Assembly: GCF_022539665.2 (NCBI RefSeq)
Contig: NC_081331.1
Span: 2,232,001 to 2,296,000 of the forward strand
Origin: Daphnia carinata
Taxonomy: Eukaryota
DNA: 64,000 bases
Direction: 5' to 3'
Shown: positions 53,401-64,000 of the stretch, piece by piece
Layout: every line of letters begins with the position of its first letter
Numbering within the stretch: position 1 is the stretch's first letter
Notes under the pieces: generated by a model
The model's input: only the letters and a program-made list of their open reading frames with translations
Databases searched by the model: none
Told to the model about the DNA's origin: nothing
Position numbers and translations under genes: made by a program

Positions 53401-56400
53401 ATTGCTGCATTTTGCTGCTGGTTAAAAAGCGCAGACAAGCCGTTAGATACAGAACAAATCCCTTTTTTGATCACATTTATTTTTGTTTTTTATTCATTAT
53501 ATTTGGGTAGCAATTCGTAGAAATCAGCCAGCAATTCAAGGGAAACATGACGTCGCATTTAAACTTTTTCTTTTCAACTCGTTTTATAAATAAGACGGGA
53601 AAAGGGGGACTATGGTTCTGTTAAAAAGCCTTTTCATTATACGAAGAATGATCTCGATTTATATCATATCAAAAGAGGAAGAGAGCCATCTCTTGAGCAC
53701 GGTTTTACCTGAACTTAATTCGTGCTCGTTTCGTTCGTTGCGATGCGGGAAAAGGAAAAAAAAAAAACATTTCGCCGCAATTTCTGATTGGTGAACGTTC
53801 CATAATTGTCCGCGCCCACCTGTCTCCCGATGTGTAATAACTCTCTTCTCATTGTCTCCTACGCGCTATTGTTCCACAACGCTGTGTGGAACTAATAATA
53901 AAAAACTGGATGAACCCACCTCGGCACGCATGAAGAAGAAGAAATGTTGCGCGCACATTGCAGATTGGATAGATCCCAACAACCAACCCCATTTTGAAAG
54001 TTCAGTTTGAAAACCAACCAGTAAGCGAAAAGAAAACGTTTCCTTTTGAAACACGAAAGAAAAAATGTTTCATCTAAAGCGATAATCAAAACACTCCCCT
54101 ACTAGAAAAAAAAAAGAAAAAAGAAGTAGGTCCATTTATAGAGAAAAGAGAGGCCCCCTAATAGGAGAGCTTCTATATCTTGCAGCAGACAAAAAAGAGA
54201 AAAGTCCAACCCCCTTTATCTAATCAAACCTGCGGTTCGCCAGGTGTGGGCTATAAAAAAATTATTGCTCCATCACACGCACCTCGCGTAAGGCAACTAT
54301 AGGCTACGGCCCAAAGAGAGAAAAACAAAAACAAAACAGAGAACAGCATTCACACTAGAGACTGGCGGATGAAAAAGGAAGTCAAACGAAGCGTTAAAAA
54401 AAAATGGCTCTTTGTCACGAACGTTGCCGCTAAGTCGGCCATTGGAGAAAAAAGGGGAAGGTTTCTCATCGGGAGGTCGTAAAGATGACACGCCATTATA
54501 GAACCAAACATCGTATCGCCGTTCTATTGGTCCTCCCGCCGAGCCGCAAAACACAACATTGAACGTAAGGGGAAAAAAACAAAAACACTGCACGATATTT
54601 GTTAGCACAGGTGACATCATTATGAGATGAGCTCTTCAACTGGTTATTTTTAGTATCTGTAATGGCTTTTTTTTTTGGCCTATAGTTCTCCACCTATTAG
54701 AGTTGAGTCTAAACTCGGGTGCCAAATGCCAACGATAAATCATGAACGGGACAGGTCGTTAAGTTTTTTTTTTTTTTTTGAAGTCTCCAATCATATCCCG
54801 CCAGCACACGGTCGTTGGAAGGGCAAAACAGAAATGCCCGTCCCGTGCATAATGAGACGTTCGACTTAGCTTTCTATATGTACGCCGCTCTGTTGTGGCA
54901 TAGCCAACGGGAAATAAACATTTGCTGAAGCCATTTAAAATGTATAGGCTATCCATAATGGCCGTAAAGAGCTTTGTCATCGGCATAGCCTCGCACGTAA
55001 TGATTATAGTGCCATTATAGATCAAAGAACTTGTGAGACTGTTTCGTTACTGAACGTTTCGAAAATTGAAAATGAAGGGGTTTAGCCTTTTTTTTTTCTT
55101 TCTTTTCTGGGAAAGTTAAAAAGAAAAAGGAAGACAAATCCAAACACATTTAGCGGCTATATTTATGCATAAATAACTAAACGTGTACCAGACAAACTTC
55201 TCCTCTACTGCCTTTGGAAAAAAAAAAAAGATGCGTAGTTTCCAGAATTTTTTAAATAGCGGAAACACTTACAATCTTACAGACATAGGGTCGCGTATAC
55301 AGTCCAACATGGAGGGCAACGTTTAAGGGGGTGGGGGAGGAAATGTACTTGAAAAGTTTTTTTTTTTTTTATGTGTGTATATGCGTACACGTATAAGTGT
55401 GTATGTGTAGAAAGCTATATAAGAATCAATAGATTCCCATCGTTTTGAAAAGGGAAAAGAAGAGATAATTTGACGCTACTGAAACCTTCCCACCCCCATT
55501 GGCTTCATGCCTCTACACGGTGGGTTCCGGTATATGTAAAAAAAAAAAGAAAAAAGGGAGAACCTTTTGGGGTCTTGTCGTCTCCTTTTCACAACTGCCA
55601 GGTCTAATGAGGGCCATTAAAAGAAAATATAGGCGCGCATATATTCGTTTTTTTTTTTCTTATGGAAATTGATCGGTTTCTTTCGTTCGAGGTCACACAC
55701 ACACACAAGGCACATCCATTTTTGCATGTTGATTATACTAGGGAAAAGTGTACCTCAATTATCTCCGATCCAAAAGATCAGCTTTTCATGGGCAAAAGAA
55801 GACCGGAGAAAAGAAAAGAAAAACGGGGGCGATTGGGGCATGTCGGCAGCTAAAATTCGCATCCTCCTCCCTCTTGATGTTCTGCCTTTTTAACATCAAC
55901 GGTTTGACATACACCACAGTCATCAATGTGGCCTCTTTCTCATCATTTGTCATGATGCCGTTTAAAAAAAAAAGGTTACATTCGAATAAGCAAACTAAAT
56001 TGTGTACAAAATCAAGAAAAGGATAAACGCAAATTTCTCGATTGCTTATGTAAGATGAATTCGTGGAAGTTTGGTTGGTCGGCAGAAGCCATTTCAATCA
56101 GTGGATTACGTGTATAACGAAGCTATTCATAATGCCTAATAAATAAGCGGAGATCTAGTTACGTCGCAGATTGAGTCATTATAAGTTTGTCTATGTATAG
56201 TCAACAAGACGTAACACCTTTGTGTATTTCCAATACATTCATTGGAATGAGTATGACGCGAAAATCATATTTTTTTTTTGCCGCTATCCCAGTTTCAATT
56301 TCAGAGGACAAATTAATCGTGTACGCGCAACAAACGGGTTTAAATAAGGTTTAATTTAGCTGAATGATTCGCAATTTTCAAGAGAAGGCGTATAGTTTAA

Positions 56401-56495
56401 TGATCGCATTTCAATTGGAACGCTAGAACGAAAATGATTGGAAACTTCAATGCGATAGTGAAGCCGAAATCGTATCTCAATCTCGTTTGATGATA

Positions 56496-56496
<1 letters not shown>

Positions 56497-56528
<32 letters not shown>
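56497..56528. repeat. (AC)16 microsatellite
   Basis: Read directly. Confidence 0.95.
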
Positions 56529-56531
<3 letters not shown>

Positions 56532-59500
56532 TTTAGAAATGAAACGAAAAAATTCAGCGATGCGTCCATAAGTCTAACGACACACACAGGAGTCGCTTCC
56601 TCGTCAAATGAATAGCGATTGTTAATGTTTGGGATAAAATTGCCCCGTGTGCCAACGCTCTTTCAACTCTGTCGCTTGTGATTGCGTCACTGTGTGCAGG
56701 GCCGTTCCTTCTGTGTTGTCCCCTCTCATTTTATTGCTTTCTGTCATTGCCTCGTTGACGAAATGAAAATGAAAAAGGATGCGATTTGCTTTTCAAATCA
56801 TCAGGTCGGCGCTTGCCGTTCATTTTCCAGCGTACAATGAAGTCCTTTATATTCGCCCTCCTTTTTCAATACAGTAGCGATTGCGTATGCACATTTGTCT
56901 ACACTTTGCGCACCGCTTTTTTTTTTTATGGTGAAAAAGACCATGTGTTGCTTCGCAACCTGGAGAGTTCCATGTCCGCACGGGCGGGGGCGGCTTTCCA
57001 CCCATTCATTTTGACATGCAATTGTGTTTCTATATTTCTATTGACGCTGAAGAGCTAGAAAGTTAAATGCTATATACGTAACGAGACACTGGTAGCATAT
57101 ATTCAAGCTTTCGTGGGGTTTTCGCGATAGATCTTCTGCTTCGGCAGTCATCCGCAGAAATGGAAGGAGGGGAGCGTAAAAGAGGTTAATAGAGATCATC
57201 CAGTTCAAAGTTCAAACGCATTCATCAACTGGCGCAGAAGGCGACTTTCGCCGGAATTCTTTTTCTCCTCATAATAACATCCATCTGAAACGTCTTTATA
57301 AAGATGCGAGTTTTGCTTTTTAAATACCGTAATGGATGTATCGCTGATATCGAATGTATACGAATTTATTTTCGCTGTATGAGATGTGGGCCAGCGAAAA
57401 TAAAACGAGTTGCAAAAGAGCGGAAATCGAAAGAATGAAGAACAAGAAAAAGGAAATGCAAGAGAGAAAGAAAAAGGATTTCCTTCTTCTTGAACGATGA
57501 AACCGTTGCCAGTGTCGAATTTCATCCGTCAACCGGTTCAGACCTCTTCTTCAGACGTTCCTTTTTACTATAAGCAACTATAGTTTTTTCTTTTACAGAC
57601 ATTTTAGCACGTGCTATCAGCGTTTTAACGGTCGTACCTTACAAGAATCCTGGCTATGTGTATGACAGGCGAACGAAACAGCTCGATCAAAAGAAGCTTT
57701 TTGGTGTAACCCCCTCTTTTTTCGGTCGTGTCTCCCTTTCTCTATTTACACACCATGTGCACTGCACATTGGAAAAACGAAGAGGAAGAAAGGGAAAACT
57801 GGTAGCTCTTGGTCCGACCACTCCCATTTTTTTTTTCAGTGGGGGGGGGGGGGGGGGGAGAGATCATTGCGAACAGAAAGCAATAGGGCGGATGCAGAGC
57901 TCCAGTGTAATAATAAAATAGAAGAGAGAAAGAATAAGAATAAAAAAATTATTTCTTTCTTTAAAAAAAAAAGATTGTGCGCGAGTAACAAAAGACCAGC
58001 AACAAACCCAGGAGCCGCGTTATAAACCTCCTACAACTACCCCCTCTACCCCTGCTCGACTTGCCTATCTTTCCTTTTTTACCTTTATTCTTTCTTGCCG
58101 TAGATTTTTTTTTTTATTATTATTATTTATATCCATCCTATTCAACGTGAAAGTTCGGTGTAATTGCCGTTAGTCCCAAGAGTGGGAGGAAGGTCTGCGC
58201 TGGGACGATACACATTTTCCTATTCAATCAACACGTGTGCTTATGCGATGATGTAAGAGAGTCACATATCGCCTTACTGTTGCGTCCCTTTGGCTGATGT
58301 CTATAAAAATCGAAGAGGTTCTCTTATAACGCCCCATTTTGGTCTTATTTAAAATATATATATATTTCTTGGATCATAAAACTACAATGTGCTTTACAGC
58401 GCAGCCTATTGATTCTGCTATTTCATATGAATCGAATTTTTATATAGATGGAAAAAAAAATTGGACAGGAAGTTGTCATAACGGCCGTTTCAATTTAAAG
58501 ATTTAAAGTCTAACGTTAGCCTCGTTTGAACAACCGGTTCTTTAAACTCATTTCTTATATGCACTCAACAACAAAACAAAGGATTTCATATTCAAACGTT
58601 TTCAACACAGTTCAAAATTATCCCGAGTATTTTCATGGCCGTGTCCAAATGAATTGAAATCGCTTAAGTTAACAGCGCATTCTGTTTCTTTTTTTGTACG
58701 ACTTTAATCGTCCTTGCATCTGTTAGTGATAGATGTTAAACGGCCGGCGCCATTTACCTGTAACCGTGCCGTTGCGGTGCTTCACCCGACGGCCAATGGA
58801 CGTCTATCTGTTTTAAATAAATACAGCATTAACTGTGACTTTGAACGCTAATAGCTTATACTACATACACACGTCTGTCTGTGTATATTTGCTCTCCATA
58901 GTCCCTCAGCAATAACGAGAGAGAACGATAGAAGAAAAACAACGGGAAAGCATGATGCTGAGCACGGATCGCGTGCCGTGCGGACGTCTAAATGTCTATA
59001 ATACACAAATAGGATCCAAAAGACCTATGTAGCCATCCTATAAGACTACATCTACATATACATCCACCATTTATGAGTGTTTATGTATTCCCAAACAAAC
59101 ACAAAAATAGCGCCGAGAAGCGGGCAGACGCACGGACGTATAGATCCATGGATGATGAGGGCAGTTACTGGCGCTTCATAACCGTTGATTATAGGCGCCC
59201 GAATAGTACAAGAACTCTACAGTTTTATTCTTTTTGATTTTCTTTTTCTTAGTTTACAAGGCTCCTGACATAGGAGAAACGAACCGGCAGTGAGAGGCGA
59301 AGAGGGAAACAGGAAAATGAGTTGGAAAAAGGGGGAACTAAAAGAAAACCCACACAGCGTGTGTCTGATGTTTGTTGCCGAAGACGACCGAGTCATTTCG
59401 TGTCGAGGTATTTGCATAGAAAGCTCATCATTTCCTTAAAAAACAAAAATTGCCGCCGAACCGAAAAGAAAACAAAAACAAACCAATCATGGCTTTTAAG

Positions 59501-62500
59501 GATGGCGGGGTGGGCACGACCAACAAAATGATATTCTTCCCACTGCCTTAAAAAGAAAGAAAAAAACTTATGGCTGTTTATTTGTTTTTTCTTCCTTCAA
59601 ATGAAAAGCAACATAGCAGAGAAAAAAAACCATTAAACTAACGCGTCACGCATTTATTTTAGAGTCAAAAGTTTAAAAAAAAAAAAAAAAAATACTCCCC
59701 AAAACAACACATTGAGGGAGCTCTGTTTTGTTCTTTTCCTTTCCCAAGGTGCCCTTTTTTATTATTATTATTATTGTGATTATATTCTTGTGGACTCGTT
59801 TTGTGACAATTTCCTCTACGTCTAGCCCTTTCTTCTTTACCTGTCCTCTATTATTATATTTGATTTTTTTTATTTATTATTATTTTTTTCTTTTAACTCT
59901 CCCGCGCGGGTGTGATGACTCCGACACAAAAGAACACGACATTTTGACCAAAAATACATTTATGGATGTGTCTAGTGATGCGTGTTTTGCCTCGTAAAGT
60001 ACACGAGAAAAAAAGGCGTTCGACGCTATTTTGTCATATCATCACACAATTGTCACCGGTAAAAAAAAAGAAAAGAAATCTTATTACGCATCATACAGAC
60101 CGGAAATGTTCTTTAGTTGTTTGTCGGATGAATTATGTATCCTCATTTCTCTTTATGTAATATCAACATTTATTATAATCCATTGTAGACCAATGGAGTA
60201 TGAATAATCGAGAAGCGCATTGTTATCGTTCCTTCCTTCGATTTTATTCGTGTTAAATATATACTTCTTTTGGCTCTGTGTGTTATGATTTCCTTTTTTC
60301 CATTCGATTAAACCACATTGCACCGATGCAGCCCACCGAGGAGCATTGTGTACGTTATCAAAAAATGAAAAAAAAAAAATAATATTTTGTAGTTGAGGTT
60401 TTGGCGGTTTTGATGGTCATGACGGTGGGACCCTCCACAACCGCCAAAGAATGGACCCAATAAAAAAAACAAAAACATGAATGAATGAAAACATTTTTTT
60501 TTTCCTTTCTCTGGTAGAATTTCGCCTTGTACTAGACCAGGCTCAAAAAAAAAAAAAGAACATCGAAACGAGTCAAAATGCTGTGATACTTTTGGTGCGA
60601 TGCGGAAAAGGTCGTTTGTCAACGTCATCACCCGCTGAGAGACAAAAGCCACAAGCTCAGCACAATGCGAAAGGGAAAGAAGGGAACACACTCCATCCGT
60701 CCCACCAACAGCTTCCTCATTTCCGTATAATAAACAGCATAGTGTGTGTGATGATGATCCTCTGCGCTTCTCCCCCTGCTGTGCTTTCCTCTTATTTCTT
60801 TTCCCTTTTTTTTTCACAAGCAGCGACGATGCGCATCTACACTTTCTAAACGACCGCAACATTGTAGTGAGGGGATACTATTGTTGTTATGTCTGCCGTT
60901 GGTCAGCGGGGCAACCCTTTTGCGAGTCGTCAACGATTAGCTGCAGAGCGTCGTTTCAACTAAACCATAGCGTCCCACTTGAGTTTGATACTCAGACATG
61001 GGACTGAGCGCAAATTTAGACACACTTGCCATTTTGGAAAAGAAGGTCTAATGTATACAGACCATTTGATAGTATTGCCTCCCCTCCATCGTTTCCATCT
61101 GCGTAAATTTCACAGATCTCTTTTTTTGTTCCAGCGTGACACACAAGTCTCTATCCGTATATCTCCGCACGGATTGATATTAAATCTTCAATGCCGGATG
61201 AACTGGGTCGTTTTCAACTGAAATGCGATACGAGAATTTTTGGAAAGTATATGGAAACTTTAGGGTGAGTGGGTTTGTATTGACAGCCTCTTTTCGAATA
61301 AATTCCAGCTGACCGAATCGAAGCGGATGTGGCAACTTTTTTTTTCGATTTTTTAATGGGTATAAGTTCTGTTGTCCCCCCCCCCCCCCCTCCATCTCTC
61401 TTCCATTTAAACCGGATCGAATGGGCACTCAAGAATTCTATTGTAAACACAACATAAAAAATTATTTGTTTATTTTTTGTTCCCTCCTCACCAATGTGAA
61501 AGGTTACGCCGCTCTACAGCTTCCTTTGGGTTACATGATTCGAGATATTAAAACTCAATGAAGTGTGAAACATCTTCTCCCCTCTAGCCTCTTTAACGTG
61601 GATCTTCTTCTTATGGTTGATTGTTATTGTCAGTTTTTTCTTCTTTCGTTTTTCTCCACACGGCGGCGGATATTCAAGTCAAGTGGGAGTGTCAAACGGT
61701 GTCCGGACGCAATCCCTGCTGAATACACAGGATGATGACCTCCATCCTGTTGGAAATTCAATCTTGAACGAGCTAGAAAAATCCAATTTGCCATCGGTAG
61801 ATTATCAAATATAAACTGATGCTTTTAGGCTCCATTGAATTACTGCCAGGGGATGAGTGGGAAACGTTTTGATTGAAAATTGGTTTGATGTGTGGAAACT
61901 TTGATCTGGTTGCCAGATTCGACTAACGCATACAAATTAGGCGGCCAAAACTGGAACGAAAAGATATCAATCACGACTGATGAGGTAGATGATTTGAAAG
62001 ATTGTCAATTGATTTCAATCAAACGAGTTTAGTTGACTGTATAGTAGGGAGCAATATAGTTTGAATTCGATTGAAATGCCGCTGTTATCGCCGACTCTCT
62101 CGTGTCCCCCACTTTATTGTGATGCTAATTCAATCTCGGCTCGTTGAACGGTAAAAGGAAGGGTGCATATATGATGCGAGTCGAAGGGAAAGCAAAACGA
62201 GGGGGGGGGATTTGAAAATAAATAAATAAATAAAATACAAATAAAAAAAAAAGCCGTCAGAAAAATCAAACTCAATCAAGCTGTCTGATCGGTGCGATCA
62301 ATACGTGATTGCCTTGCGCTGGGCGGTTATGGGTATACATACAAAAATGTATAGGCACGGTCCTATAGACGAAGGATTATCCCATCTCCTCCCCCACCTT
62401 CCCTATTCCTTCAATCCATCACGACTTTGTTAACAGAGCCAGAAAGCTGATCCATCATTGCAACGTGATTGTAACGCGACGAAGGCACCCGGCACTCATT

Positions 62501-64000
62501 CCTTAATCAGCTCTGGGCAGTCAGGAACTAGCCTTTTTTTCTGGTTTCTAAGACGTTTGTTAAACAAACAAGAAAGGAAAACTCGAAGAAAAAACGCAGC
62601 ATCGTACCAGTATAAAATCAGAAAATTACGTACGCAGAGTTGCACACACGCAAGTTAAATGAAAAAGAATCTAAACAGCCATAGTTTTCAATCAGAGAAC
62701 CAAACGAGAAACACATTTTTTTTTGTGGCTGAATTGACGGACAAATAAAAAGGTCAACAGGCCAGCGGGTTCGTTTTGTCATTCGTTGTATTGATGATAG
62801 ACAAAAGAAGAGGTCGATTCCGCATGAGCCAAGTCATCGCGTGTGTTGTTCATGTCGAGAAAAAAGAAAAAGGGATTTTTCACATGTAACAAACAAACCT
62901 TGTTCAAGGTTGGATATGTATAATGTAGACTGACGAAAGGCTGACGGACTCTTTTGAGTCGAGCAATTTACTAGTCAGTCTTTGAAAAAAAAAAAAATCA
63001 AAAGAAAGCAACAGAAAAAATTATGATGACAGGTCTGCCGGGGCAGCCCGTCCACACAACCCCATCATCTGCCATGTTTTTTTTGTTTGTTTTTTTCTCA
63101 TTTATTTTTTGAAATAAGAAGAATCTTCTCATAGAAAGACATGGCAAAATAAAAGGGACAAGAGCTGACGAGGCTGCAAAAGGAATACGTTCTGTACATG
63201 TTGACATAGTTGTCAGTTAGAAAATGATTACAAGAAAAGGACGCGAGCTCTTTCATGTGGAAACGGATGAGACGGCCAACATTTCCCCCATCTCCACTTG
63301 TAAGCCGATTTCCACGACTGTAACTATTGCTTTTTCTTTTTGATTTCTGGAAAGAGGGAATCACTGGTAGAGCGTTCGTTATCGTCAAATGTACCATATC
63401 TTAACAAAAATCAGAAATCTCGATTTGGAACGTGCCTTTGCTCGATGTACGTTGCCCAGTCGATAATAGATTCACTGTGACGATGTACAAACATCATCAT
63501 AGACTGGTGGATGACCTCTTTATTTTGTAATGCGATTATCTTACGGGGATAACGCTGCACCCTATTTGTCCCAGACTGACTGATCGGGCAATAAACCAAA
63601 AAGAAGTTGGGCAGTGTTCCAGACCATTAACTTTTTCTTTTATTCTCTCCTACATGTACGAAAAAGAAAAACTAGTACATGAAAATGATTTCACCTGCGT
63701 GCTCCGTTTTGGCAATTTATTCATTGAAAATTATTCAAGAAAGTCGTGCAACAAGTTCTTTCCCCCGTTTTTCAACGAAAGAGCCCAATTTTCTTTTCAG
63801 TTCCACAATTGCTGGAAAATGAGAGCTGCTGAGATTGCTCAATTGAAAGAAACCAATCGGAAGAATTTTTCTCTTACAGATGTTAAAGAAAAAAGGTTTC
63901 CATGTTACTCGGACTGCTCCGCTCTGATGCTCTCATAACAGATGACTTTGTCCCCACCCATTTTTTCTATGTCCCTCTTCACGCACGGGGCAACCCCTCC

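Noticed and set aside
11184..61910. About ten scattered ATCAAAG/CTTTGAT TCF-type heptamers, and about eleven TAGGCTA/TAGCCTA heptamers across the window
   Set aside because: Counts are close to crude chance expectation for 7-mers in 64 kb of AT-rich DNA, with no clear clustering.
134..63938. Hundreds of 60-200 aa ORFs outside the Sp6-9 exons (e.g. 45086-45691, 60308-60862, 17431-17958)
   Set aside because: Dominated by Phe/Lys runs from T/A homopolymers, often with non-ATG starts, no domain-like motifs and no coherent splice architecture.

Overview
Eukaryotic, AT-rich, homopolymer- and microsatellite-rich DNA. The style suggests an arthropod, possibly a Daphnia-like crustacean (inference only). 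I can support one protein-coding gene: a + strand Sp6-9 class (Sp8/Sp9, Drosophila Sp1-like) C2H2 zinc-finger transcription factor. The ORF track shows only its two large 3' exons. Reading the splice signals gives a four-exon model, join(18145..18231, 34093..34212, 36403..37293, 37395..38255), with all introns GT-AG and phase 0, encoding 652 aa. The protein has an Sp box, a Btd box, three zinc fingers, poly-Ala, poly-Asn and poly-Gln tracts and a His-rich tail. The rest of the window (about 17 kb upstream, a 15.9 kb first intron and about 25 kb downstream) shows no credible coding sequence and looks like the cis-regulatory landscape of a developmental regulator. I found no tRNA, rRNA, CRISPR or recognisable transposon, and no strong evidence for a wholly new biological system. 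The best leads are the two hidden 5' exons (one a candidate poly-Ala cassette exon carrying an exact Mad/Medea/Schnurri silencer consensus), repeated Sp-type GC boxes, a promoter-like G-quadruplex/TATA island at 6.2-6.6 kb, an intronic hairpin and a recurrent TAGGCCTA palindrome.
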